A DNA stretch of 64,000 nucleotides from Asterias rubens (Eukaryota): the NCBI RefSeq assembly GCF_902459465.1, contig NC_047076.1, positions 1,426,001 to 1,490,000 of the forward strand. Reading direction: 5' to 3'. Made by a program: the position numbers and the translations under genes. Below are positions 51,540-62,398 of this stretch, piece by piece. The notes below the pieces were generated by a model. That model saw only the letters and a list, made by a program, of their open reading frames with translations, was not told the DNA's origin and did no database searches. The first letter of the stretch is position 1. Each line of letters opens with the position of its first letter.

Positions 51540-51610
51540 CTAAAGGAGGTATCAGTAAGATAATAACACTAAGGGTTAGGGTAGAACTCTTGCCATATTT
51601 CATCTTTTTC

Positions 51611-51989
51611 TTAAAGGCAGTGGACACTATTAGTAACTACTCAAAATAATTATTAGCATAAAACCATACTTGGTAACGAGTAATGGGGAGAGGTTGAAAG
51701 TATAAAACACTGTGAGAAACGGCTCCCTCTGAAGTGACGTAGTTTTCAAGAAAGAAGTAATTTTCCACGAATTTGATTTCCAGACCTCAAGTTTAGAACT
51801 TGAGGTCTCGAAATCAAGCATCTTAAAGCACACAACTTCGTGTGACAAGGGTGTTTTTTCTTTCATTATTATCTTGGAACTTCGACGACCAATTGAGCTC
51901 AAATTTTCACATGTTTGTCATTTTATGCATATGTTGAGATACACCAATAGTCAATGGTCTTTGACAACCAATAGTGTCCAGTGCCTTAA
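51611..51989. mobile_element. Kolobok-like MITE, family A (DNAJC1 intron 5)
   Basis: TTAA flanks, TIR, internal palindrome. Confidence 0.85.
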
Positions 51990-52442
51990 ACTCAATTCTT
52001 AAACATTTATGAATTTAGTCTTTTATCTCTAAATTTAAAGGTTCGTTTATTATTAATATATTTCCCTTTCCTGTCATTGGTCGCTGTTGGTTTGCACAAT
52101 TACAAACGAAAATACAAATCATTTCATTTTCCTTTGAAAAAAAAACTGCTTTTAAAAGCCTTGAACCTTTCAGAGAAAGCCAATATGTACAGCATCTGTA
52201 ATCTCATATTGATTGATACCTGCCTGTTAAAACACGTCGCAGAAGTAGAAATTTGTCTACAGTTGCAAAAAAAATTGTTTTTCTGACGGCGACTGATGCT
52301 GTATCTCAACACTGTCAATCTCAATCGTCAATTGATATGTTTCCAATAGTCTTAGCTCAGGCACAGCTTTATCCCAAACAAAAATAAGCTGCCAACTGTT
52401 TTTGTGTCATCACAAAGTCGACCCGAAGGCGGCTTCAAATAC

Positions 52443-52889
52443 CTTAGTTTGTTGTGCTCTGTTTGTGTTTTCTGAAATCGTTTCTGCAGGAGTATAAGTA
52501 ACTGGTTCTGCTGTGGTTGCCTCGTACTCATACAACGGTAGATCCACCCTCCTCCTCTTCTTGACTTTATCTTTCCCTTCATCCTCCTCCTCCTCCTCCT
52601 CTAACTCCGCCTCCGCCTCCTCCTTCATCCGTTTCCTTCTCTCTCTCCACATCTCAATTTCAGATTTGACGCTCAGGAATGTCGAGGGCGCTGAGATGAT
52701 GGTTGAGAGAACGAGGCGGTAGAGCTTACAAGGGAGTGCGTCACTTAGTAAAGGCTTGACTGGCATGAAGGGGTCATCTACTGGATTTTCTTGAGCAGGG
52801 ATCTCTTCGTTGTCTTGGGGGATGGTGGTTCCCGCAGCTTGCCTGTTGGACTTCTTGGATTTCTTTTTCTTTTTTGGGATGATTGATTC
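52443..52889 (-). CDS. DNAJC1: DNAJC1 exon 5 (ESIIPKKKKK...RAQQTK)
   Basis: 447-nt open exon inside track ORF 52410..52895; tgcag acceptor, AAG|GTATTT donor. Confidence 0.9.
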
Positions 52890-52994
52890 CTGCAATTAAG
52901 AAATAACAAGAAAACAAAACTATTGGTGAACCATGTTTTTGTTTACACAAGATAGTAATAGCTCACTTAGCAAGTATGACCAATGCCCAATAGA

Positions 52995-53490
52995 ATAGGG
53001 AATAGTCAAACAGTAGGAGGGTTGACTGTGTACAGTGTAGACACTGTATGTAGATACATTGAAAACACACCATATTGCAGGCGTGCATAGTTTAACTCCA
53101 AACCACAGTGGATGATATTGAATGGCCAGACAGTAGGAGGGTTGACTGTGTACAGTGTAGACACTGTATGTAGAATGTAGATACATTGAAAACACACCAT
53201 ATTGCAGGTGTGCATAGTTTAACTCCAAACCACAGTGGATGATATTGAATGGCCAGACAGTAGGAGGATTGACTGTGTACTATGTAGATGCATTCAACAC
53301 ATACCAGTTTATCTATAATTCTAAACTACAGTGGATGCTAGGGAATGGTCAGACAGTAAGAAGGTTGACTGTGTACTGTGTAGATGCTCTCAAAACACAT
53401 CATATCACAGGATGCCTTAGTTTATCTACCATTCCAAACCATAGTGGATGCTAGGGAATGGTCGTACAGTAGGAGGGTTGACTTTGTACT
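52995..53490. repeat. About 120-nt tandem repeat, 4-5 copies, DNAJC1 intron 4
   Basis: Recurrent CAGTAGGAGGGTTGACTGTGTAC and CCAAACCACAGTGGATG. Confidence 0.85.
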
Positions 53491-53581
53491 GTACGTTACA
53501 GTCAGGAATGGTTAGAGAGAGAGTGGGAAAGTCAATAATGTAATTTGTAAAAAGCAAATGTGTTTTCTGTTTTGTCTTTAC

Positions 53582-53753
53582 CAAATCCAGAAGTCTTTCC
53601 CAATAGATGGACCACAGGACGATGTAATGTCCGACAGTAAGGATGATAAAGAGAAGTATCCCTAGCTCAACCAGACCCATCTTACGAACTCGTCGGTAAT
53701 AGAACACCGGCTCCCGCCAATCAGGAAGACCATGCTCCAGAATATGGTTGTAT
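53582..53753 (-). CDS. DNAJC1: DNAJC1 exon 4 (YNHILEHGLPDWREPVFYYRRVRKM + TM helix + WSIYWERLLDL)
   Basis: GLPDWR.PVFYYRRVRKM signature followed by a hydrophobic helix; phase 2 to 0. Confidence 0.96.
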
Positions 53754-53790
53754 CTTAATAAGGAAGAGAGAGGAACAGATAATAAAACTA

Positions 53791-54138
53791 TTAAAGGCAG
53801 TAGACACTATTGGTAATTACTCAAAATAATTGCTAGCATAAAACCTCACTTGGTAACGAGTAATGGGGAGAGGTTGATAGTATGAAACATTGTGAGAAAC
53901 GGCTCCCTCTGAAGTAACAAAGATTTTGAGAAAGAAGTAATTTTCCACAATTTTGATTTTGAGACCTCAAGTTTCGAAATCAAGCATCTGAAGGCACATA
54001 ACCTCGTGTGACAAGGGTGTTTTTTCCTTTCATAGTTATCTCGCACCTTCGACAACCAAGCATATGTTGAGATACACCAAGTGAGAAGACTGGTCTTTGA
54101 CAACTACCGGTACCAATAGTGTCTGGCAGTGTCTTTAA
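53791..54138. mobile_element. Kolobok-like MITE, family A (DNAJC1 intron 3)
   Basis: TTAA flanks, TIR; internal palindrome partly deleted. Confidence 0.85.
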
Positions 54139-54470
54139 TACGAAGCATTACAAAACAGGTAAAACTTCTTGATTCTTTGGGGTACAGAGAATGGCTTCCT
54201 CATGTCGATCCAATAATCTTCGTAACTCCACCCAACTTGCTATCCATCTTTGCCAAACCGAAAGAAATAAAAACAGCCCCATAACTCTGTTTTAACTATG
54301 CTTAACAATAATTCTTAATTATGTGTTTTGTGTGTATATTTAATCCTTTGTTTTTATGAACCTTTCATTATAAATATTCATAATTTTTATATCAGGTAAG
54401 CCATTATTAAATTGTGTAATGGTTTAATTCAAAGATGTTCTTGTTGCTACACAGAATAAACCATTCTTAC

Positions 54471-54517
54471 CTTTGTCGCATATCTTGATTTTTAAGAATT
54501 TCAGCAACAGCCACCAA
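54471..54517 (-). CDS. DNAJC1: DNAJC1 exon 3 (LVAVAEILKNQDMRQR)
   Basis: ttcag acceptor, AG|GTAAGA donor, phase 0 to 2; J-domain helix IV. Confidence 0.92.
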
Positions 54518-54963
54518 CTGAATTTGACAAAGAAAAAAACACAATAAAAAATATGCCTGCCAAACACTTAACAACTACAAAGAAGGCGATTGCCTCTTTG
54601 CCCCCGATAGCCCCCTTGAAATTTTCGAATAAAATGTAGTTTCCTCGTCATAGAGGTTTCCTTTACCAATTGGAGAAAATGTACCACTATCAAGAACAAC
54701 CAAATTGATGTAATTGATGTTTCACAGACTGAGCTGCTTAAGCACCAAAAAGTTGCTAAGCACAACAAAATTATGCTTACCAGAATAAGGTTACCAGCCA
54801 AACTACCATGTCAAAAGTACTACTTTGGAATGGTATCATGCTCATTTTTGTTAAGCAGAAAATTGTTACGCAATATTTTCTGCTAAAGCCGGTTCTATGT
54901 GATCGGGCCCCGGTTAGGCACAAGTTATTTGTCGTTTTATTTATTGTTGTCCATAGGGCCTAC

Positions 54964-55065
54964 CTGTCTAAACTTTTCCTCTGCATTTTCTTCTTTATTC
55001 TTGTCTGGATGTAGAAGGAGAGACTGCTTCCTGTAAGCCTTGCGGATCTCTGATGAAGTAGCGGT
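54964..55065 (-). CDS. DNAJC1: DNAJC1 exon 2, J domain (TATSSEIRKAYRKQSLLLHPDKNKEENAEEKFRQ)
   Basis: HPD motif; tacag acceptor, CAG|GTAGGC donor, phase 0 to 0. Confidence 0.96.
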
Positions 55066-55790
55066 CTGTAAAAGCATCAAAATAATAAAAGGAATTATAT
55101 TTGGTCCTTGGGAAAAATAGTATGAACAAAATTACAAGGGCTGATCTCATGTAAACACAGTGTTACTGGTGTAAGCTCACAGACTTTTACGTCAGGGCAA
55201 AATAATGAGCTTGCAAATGCAATCACCATTCTTCGCTTTTAAAACTAGTCATCAGGCAGGTCAAGCACTGAACGGAGATGCCACCACTTTTTCATTATAA
55301 AATATATAAATACATTTTTACTCAATCAAATGAGACCTTTTGTAAAAATGTGTTCAATAGTGGTTGCAAGGGTTAGACATGGAAAGATTTTCCGCAGCAT
55401 TTCTGCATTGGAGGCAACATATATCTAGTTTCCGTATCAATCATGCCACCATTTTGTCATTTGTTTAATAAGTTGTAGTTATAATTTTTATATTGATAAA
55501 ATAAAAGAGTTTCTAGAATACTATTTTACTCAATCAATCAAATCATAAATGAGATTGTAAATTATAAAAGCTAGTGGCTGGATACGGAAAGTTTTCCCCA
55601 TTATGTTTGTCAGTTTTATTATAGTGTGACCACGTCAATGTGGACCCAAATTCATTCAGTTCGGGTTGAGCATGGTGGACCAATCTTGATTGTGAATAAT
55701 TAATTATGAACAGATGATCATCATTGACATTGAGTCAATGTGTCAATCAATGATTGACAAGATTTTATTATCATCCGATGCCGCACTTAC

Positions 55791-55967
55791 ACTTTCAACA
55801 CCAAGGAGCTCATAGAAGTTCCCTTGAACTTCCTCCACCAGATCAAACAACTCAAAATCTTCATTATCATATGCTCTTGTACTTGACACAAGACACATTA
55901 AAACACACAAAATGGTACAAAAAGATACATTTTGCGAATGCAACCGTCGTCTGCAGGAGGCTGACAT
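55791..55967 (-). CDS. DNAJC1: DNAJC1 exon 1 (signal peptide and start of J domain, ...RAYDNEDFELFDLVEEVQGNFYELLGVES)
   Basis: gccaacATG start, ELFDLVEEV..NFYE.LGV motif, AGT|GTAAGT donor. Confidence 0.92.
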
Positions 55968-58078
55968 GTTGGCAATATGGCGACACTGGTTAACATCGCT
56001 ATCAGTCGCTGAGTGGTTTATATGCTTCGACGGAAATAAACGCGGGTACCAGTTTTCTTCGGGACCACACATTTGAAATAGCGCCCTCAACGTATACTTT
56101 GGGGTATTATTAAAGGTGCAATCTCTTCTCCCCCCCCCCCCACACCCCCTTTTTATTTCTAGTTCTTTCTCCGACTTTAAATAAACAACTCACAATCTTG
56201 TCATGATTTTACAAACACTTTCATAGAATTTCAATGAATTCAGCCCCCTCAACAATCTCTACCCCACCCTATCTTGCCCCGTGAGGTTAATTCCTAATGA
56301 ATGACCCGATACAGGAATAGCCCCACCACCATAAACAGAGCATAAAAATTAGGTCATATCCCCAGACTGCCCCCCCCCCCCCCCTCGTCCGAAGAATTGT
56401 TTTCCTAATGATAAAATGTTTGGTTTCTCCTCGACCATAGAGAATGGACCAACCTCTCTACCTCTCAAACCCGTGATACCCAGAAAAAAGGGTTATGTCC
56501 AGCCTCTATGGTCCAGCACACGGTTGGCAACACACCCACCCCAACCCCGCCAGACCCGACCCCACCCTTTTCCCGGCCAAAAAAAGTGTGTATACTAATT
56601 GTGGGCGGGGTCATCTGGGTTGTGGTTGTTCAATTCTCAGGTCCCTGTGTTTTTGCAGAGTGTGCACAGTGCATGCACCATGCAGCACACTATGGTCCAG
56701 CACACGGTTGGCAACACACCCACCCCAACCCCGCCAGACCCGACCCCACCCTTTTCCCGGCCAAAAAAAGTGTGTATACTAATTGTGGGCGGGGTCATCT
56801 GGGTTGTGGTTGTTCAATTCTCAGGTCCCTGTGTTTTTGCAGAGTGTGCACAGTGCATGCACCATGCAGCACTAAGCAGTTGCATATTGCAAGCCCGGCT
56901 GTAGGTTTTAATCCACTTCTCATATCTCTCAGTCATTTGACATGGGTTGCTTGCGGAATGCGTACATAAATCGGCACTTAAAACACAAACACAGTGTGTG
57001 TGTGTGATTTGGCCGTGGCATGAGCTACAAAACAGACAAGTTATCATAATAAAACTGTTCATAATAAATAGGAGCTTAAAACGAGTATTTCTCAGCCCTT
57101 TGATTTCTTCGAATGTTTGTGTTTGTATTTCTTCATATATTATGTGATTGTTTGGTTCATATCAAAAAGTAAGATATAGAGTATGCAGTAGAATTTTGCT
57201 AACAGAAAACGACCGTTTTTGTGTTTTATACAGATTGTTTTGAGTTTGGCTAAACCTTCTCGTGTATAACCCAACCACCCGGGCCCGGCCAGACCAAGTG
57301 GTTGTGTATGTGTTGTAAATAATGCATAATGTGCGTTACATGTAGGCTACAAACAGAAGTGGCGTTGTTGACCGAGTGATATTTTCTGCCAAAATCTTTA
57401 TCATAAAAAAATGAGGGAAGTCATGTCGTAAAAAAATTCAGGTTTTGAATTTGTAAAATTTTGCGTCTGTGTGTAGTCCTTGCCAGCCAGGTTTATGGTA
57501 ACATGTGCATCCTATGGTCGTACCACGCAGACAGAAGGAGGCTGGGCGAACCTCGGAGTGTGATATCTAGTTTTGAAATAATTTACGTAAGACGAGAAAC
57601 TTGCGGTCATGTGTAACCACAATCAAGAGACGAAGGGAAACGGTTATGTTGGCACTTGGTTTATTTGATAGTCGGATGCGAGTGGCTGTTCGTGTACGTC
57701 CATTGACAACACATGGGTTACACAGCATGGCAAAGTTAAAACCCTGGTTTTTTCAAAAACATAACGGTACGACGTGCTGTCGGTGTTCTGCGTTTGCATT
57801 ATTGACATTATCACGGTGGGCTGTTCTATGACAGTTTTACACACACACAAGATGGCGGTCGGTTGTAGGTCGGACAGTGAACCACGTCGCTGACACTGAT
57901 AACAGAGTAGGATTGTTAACAAAACGTTCTCATATGGCACTAGGACAGAACAGCGAGCATAAATCTAGCACAGTGCACATGATTAACACACAGTGCGGCT
58001 GCACAGCAAAGCCTCGTGAATTCTCGAGCCGACAACGAACGAAGGTCCCGGTGACTAAGCAAGACAGCAGCGGACGCC
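55968..58078. promoter_or_regulatory. Divergent (bidirectional) promoter region, DNAJC1 / SKIDA1-EPOP-like
   Basis: Start codons 2.1 kb apart and pointing away from each other; CpG-richer than flanks; YY1-like CAAGATGGCGG near 57848-57858. Confidence 0.6.
56505..56872. repeat. 184-nt direct duplication, two near-identical copies
   Basis: TATGGTCCAGCACACGG starts at 56507 and 56691. Confidence 0.95.
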
Positions 58079-59497
58079 ATGGCAAGACACTGTCCAGAGC
58101 TTACGCTGTGCAGCACGGCCGAGATCGAGCAGCAAGCTTCCCACCCGCCCGTTAAATTTGTCAATGGCTTCCAGAAACGTCTTGGCGTCTACATGACTGA
58201 CACCAGAGAAAATGACATTTCAAGCGACAGCGAAACCGATATTTCAAGTTTGGAAATCGACTCTAATTTGTCACATTCGTCAGACTTATCCAATACCGAC
58301 TCGCCAAACTGTGCATTTCTTTCGCAAAATAATGAACATCTGGGGGAGAAATTTTCAACAGCGAACAATTCCCAGCGAAGTGGAAATTTCGATGGCGTCG
58401 ATGCTAAACAACATACGACTCCGTTGCCTGATGAAACTCAAAGTGACAATTCCTTCCGTCAAAACAATTTAGCTTTGAAAAACATCTCTCGGGATGACCT
58501 ACTCCTTCCACTTTCTGTAAACAAGCCCAAGGTAGCTCCGATTTCTCACCAGCGAAATTCGGATGCGGATAGCCCGGGGAAGACGCTGGATTCCAACTCG
58601 AGAGACAAGCCTCTTGTCATCAAAATACGGCGCAGAACGTGGACTGTTTCGGAGAATTCCCAGTGTCACGAATCTATCCAAAATGGCGGCGTCAAGAAAT
58701 CTAAAATCAATGGACCGACTTGCACACAACAAGCAGATACTAATCCAGCCTTTGAACTTTCATCGTCATCAAATTACAACAATAACAATATTGAGGAGTG
58801 GCAAAGCATCGGGGATTGTCTTCCAGATAAGAAACACAAAGCAGCTGAAAAGTTTTTCCCGCCTAAACCAGAAAACAATAAGAAAGTGCTCGAAGCGTCA
58901 AAGACAAAGCATCATCAGCGGCGCAAGTCAAAGAAACTTAAAGGGGAGTTTACCGAACATCGTAAAAAGAAAACCTCACATCAACATCATCATAAAACCA
59001 AACGGAAGAAAAGCAGAGAAAATTCTTTCAAGGAACATTCCAAATCGAACCCACCTCACCCCGGAAAAACTCTTCGATTACCAACCGATCCTCAGAAAGC
59101 GGTGAAGGTTTTAGAGAGAGCTTTGGAGTCAATAAACGCACAAATCAAACAACTCAAGAAAGAGACAAGTCATGGAAACAAACCAAGGTCACACAGAGGT
59201 CTGCGATCCAAAAAATCGTCCAAGAAAAGATTACACAAAGAGACAAGATCGACCAAGATCGAGAAAAAGCCCGACCTTCTTCCAGTAACCATGTCACTCT
59301 TCAAGCTCCATGATTCTTTCTCCATCGTACCGTCATTAATCGTCCGAGACGGTGATCTCCACCCAGCCTACAGCGCGTCGGTGGACCCCAGAGAACCGCC
59401 AGCAAACCACCCTATTTGGCGGTGGAGGATCGGACAAACTCCGTTACCGAAACCAACAGCACACGATAATCAAGTTATGGACTGGTTGAATAACTGA
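58079..59497 (+). CDS. SKIDA1: 472-aa mostly disordered, Lys/Ser-rich protein with a SKIDA1/EPOP-type C-terminal region
   Basis: Longest ORF in the window; gccATGG context with in-frame stop at 58052; basic stretches; C-terminal PSLIVRDGDLHPAYS...PP..HPIWRWRIG resembles the SKIDA1/EPOP C-terminus as I recall it. No SKI/DACH domain is visible, so the symbol is tentative. Confidence 0.75.
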   Translation: MARHCPELTLCSTAEIEQQASHPPVKFVNGFQKRLGVYMTDTRENDISSDSETDISSLEIDSNLSHSSDLSNTDSPNCAFLSQNNEHLGEKFSTANNSQRSGNFDGVDAKQHTTPLPDETQSDNSFRQNNLALKNISRDDLLLPLSVNKPKVAPISHQRNSDADSPGKTLDSNSRDKPLVIKIRRRTWTVSENSQCHESIQNGGVKKSKINGPTCTQQADTNPAFELSSSSNYNNNNIEEWQSIGDCLPDKKHKAAEKFFPPKPENNKKVLEASKTKHHQRRKSKKLKGEFTEHRKKKTSHQHHHKTKRKKSRENSFKEHSKSNPPHPGKTLRLPTDPQKAVKVLERALESINAQIKQLKKETSHGNKPRSHRGLRSKKSSKKRLHKETRSTKIEKKPDLLPVTMSLFKLHDSFSIVPSLIVRDGDLHPAYSASVDPREPPANHPIWRWRIGQTPLPKPTAHDNQVMDWLNN

Positions 59498-60519
59498 GAT
59501 AATACAGTCCTAAACATGGTTCAGATAAAACTTGAGAAAACTTCCAGACAATCTTGAAAAGTCAAGACTGATTAATAGTCTATAAATTCCATATAAAAGC
59601 AAATTTCCAAAGACGTTTTTGTTACTTAAAAAAAATGGTAATTGTTTGAACTTTTGTTCTTATCTTATTATTAGGGAAGATCATGTGTATAAGACATGAC
59701 ATTGACAATGCCTGTCAATGGCTCAGCAAACTTCAGAATGCATCTCGTTGTACATGCATATGGCTTAATGGCCACCACAAGCTTATGATAGTCTGATAAA
59801 TCCAACAGTTTTTACCAGAAATAAACCGTTCCTTTGAACAAAACCGCTCTACAAAAAATATGCAGTCAAGGAGGTCAAAACCTTTGTACGTGTATCTATA
59901 ATTTTATAAACGACGGCTCGTTATTCTACAGAATAAACGCCGTGTATTTGAACTGATGATTGACAATCGAGTAGTGTTGTGTTCTACATTTTGTTCACTC
60001 TTTCATGCTTTATTTGTTGGTTCCGTATTCTATGATTGTTTTCCTGTAGTGTACATGCTCCGGGTGGATTTTATAACATAATTTGGGATAAGTTCGAATT
60101 GGTTGATGTTGCACAACCTCGCAATCTCTAATTGTTTTTGTCTGCCTTCGCAATGCAGCCTTATCATACAACGCCAGATTATTTTTGGCTTGAATGTTAT
60201 AGCATGACTCCTATCCTAACTCATTCCATTCACCAACAATCCACAATTAATACATTCGTACTCTATTCATATTACTAACACCTGCTTTACCATAATTGAC
60301 GTTTGGAAAAGATTCCTAAAATTTCAGTTAAACAATTTTTTAGTGTACTGTTCCGATAAAAAGTATAATTATTAAAAAAAGATACGTAATATCCGAGCTT
60401 CATCTGTCGTTTATTTATTTATTTATTTATTTGTGCTTAAAAAGGGTTAATTTTTGTTCAGAAATAGGAGGCATTTAGTAAATTCTCAATGATTGTTATT
60501 TCGTTGTAATAACACAAAA

Positions 60520-60885
60520 CACAATGTCCACAGATTTACATTAAACTTACACCGTTTGAAGATAATGATAGTAGAAAGCTTCCCTGAAAATATTAGATGA
60601 TGAGGTGCTGTAGTTTTTTAGAAACGAGTGAAACAATGTCATAACAATACGTTTTTACATGCTAAAATAGTTTTCGTCTCCCCTCATGATCAGTGAGACG
60701 AAAAAAAAATTAATGACATTGTTTTACTCATTTCTCAAAAACTAGAGCACCTCAGCAAGTAGTATTTTCAGGGAAGCTTTCTACTACTTTCATTATCTTC
60801 AAACTGTGTAAGTTTAATGTAAATCTGTGGACATTGTGTTTTTTGTCCCAACCCCCCCCCCCCCAAATTTACATAGACCCTTTAA
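60520..60885. mobile_element. Kolobok-like MITE related to family B
   Basis: Subterminal inverted repeat CACAATGTCCACAGATTTACATTAAACTTACAC; right end GACCCT|TTAA. Confidence 0.7.
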
Positions 60886-61270
60886 AGACAGTGGACACTA
60901 TTGGTAAGCAATTGTCAAAGACCAGTCTTCTCACTTGGTGTATCTTAACATATGTATAAAATAACAAACCTGTGAAGATTTGAGCTCAATTGGTCATCGA
61001 AGTTGCGAGATAATAATGAAAGAAAAAACACCCTTGTCACACGAAGTTTTGTGCTTTCAGATGATTGATTTCGAGACCTCAAATTCTAAATCTGAGGTCT
61101 CTAAATCAAATTCGTGGAAAATTACTTCTTTCTCGAAAACTATGTCACTTCAGAGGGAGCTGTTTCTCACAATGTTTTATATTATCAACCTCTCCCATTA
61201 CTCGTAATCAAGAAAGGTTTTATGATAATAATTATTTTGAGTAATTACCAATAGTGTCCACTGCCTTTTA
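60882..61270. mobile_element. Kolobok-like MITE, family A
   Basis: TIRs present; shares its left TTAA with the neighbouring element. Confidence 0.85.
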
Positions 61271-62039
61271 TGTAAGTTGAATGTGGTGGTGTTGTGCTAT
61301 TTGGTGCACAAGATGTAAGTTGGCACAAAGTGATGAACAAAATACTGGCTATGGGGCTATCGCAGATAACATGAAAAAAATACCATACAAAAAAACTATG
61401 GCAGCCATTTTGAAAATTGCATGTAGTAATCTATCCATATTTCGTTTTCAAAGGACAATGTGCGAAAGCCCATAGCCGATCAAATTTCATTCTCATATTA
61501 TAGCTTAATACTCTACTAGTAGCCATTTATAATGTGCTATAGGCCTATCTGCTAAAAGAAAAGACACTCCTGACGCAGGATCGGAGAGAATGAGTTTCGA
61601 TACAGATGACATTCTAAACACAAAATCGGTTTTCAAATGAGTGTTGAAGCTGGTGACTCGCCGAAGATTCCATATAGAAAGATAGGCCATTGTGTGAGAA
61701 GGATTGGGTTCCGTGTGACTGACTGTGCCATGTTCTATGTCTGTTATATTAACTGATCATAAGCATAACACCCGGAACATTTTCCCCTATCTGCCCCTCA
61801 TTACTGGATATTTGGAATGTTATGGGTGAACCCGTGACAAAATGGAGTTTGACACTTGCGTAAAACTGGCCTCATTAATTTTTAACATGAGCTGGGGATG
61901 TCTCTCGACTGTTAACGGTTTTACAGTCATATCATGTGCTGTCGTGTAGTTTCGCTGATAGAAACACTGGGTCGAGACGTGTATGGGTGTAGCAATTCGG
62001 CTCAGATAATCATGCTTTGTGTTGAAGGTGGGCTGGAGC

Positions 62040-62230
62040 CTTTTATTAGACATCTGAAAGCACACAAAGTTTTGTTAACAAGGATATTTTTTTCTTTCAT
62101 TATTCTCTTGCAACTGCGATGGCCAATTGAGTCCAAATTTTCACAGATTTGTTATGTTATGCTTGTTGGGATAAATCAAGGGGGGGATACTGACGGTCTT
62201 TGACAATTACCAAATGTGTCCAGTGCCTTT
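62040..62230. mobile_element. Truncated Kolobok-like family A copy
   Basis: CATCTGAAAGCACACAA...TTGACAATTACCAAATGTGTCCAGTGCC. Confidence 0.65.
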
Positions 62231-62398
62231 CTTTTTTATTTATTTTAACATGGATTCTTCTTTGCGTGTGTTCATAAAGATGGTCCACAACATGCCATTT
62301 TCAATAACACATATTTTTTTAATCACACATTTTGCAAATGTTTATGAGATGAATGGCGGGTATGCGAGTGAAAATGACGTCAAACCATTTACATGAAT

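Noticed and set aside
44841-55967. IA-2 next to a DnaJ gene, as vertebrate PTPRN/PTPRN2 lie near DNAJB2/DNAJB6
   Set aside because: The neighbour here is the TM + SANT type DNAJC1, a different subfamily, so this is not the same synteny.
55968-56090. 35-aa N-terminal extension of DNAJC1 from in-frame ATG 56072
   Set aside because: It would push the signal peptide inward, and ATG 55967 has the better context. Not excluded without TSS data.
56495-56969. Three overlapping ORFs upstream of DNAJC1
   Set aside because: By-products of the 184-nt duplication; no recognisable domain.
57620-57700. Faint SKI/DACH-like words (GKRL....YLIVG) upstream of the 472-aa ORF
   Set aside because: Frame is closed by stops on both sides and the rest of the domain is missing; likely chance.
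58079-58140. Elongin BC box at the N-terminus of the 472-aa protein
   Set aside because: PELTLCSTAEI does not fit LxxxC spacing.
58212-59105. Alternative-frame ORFs overlapping the 472-aa ORF (also 52513..52722 antisense to DNAJC1 exon 5)
   Set aside because: Expected shadows of a real, compositionally biased CDS.
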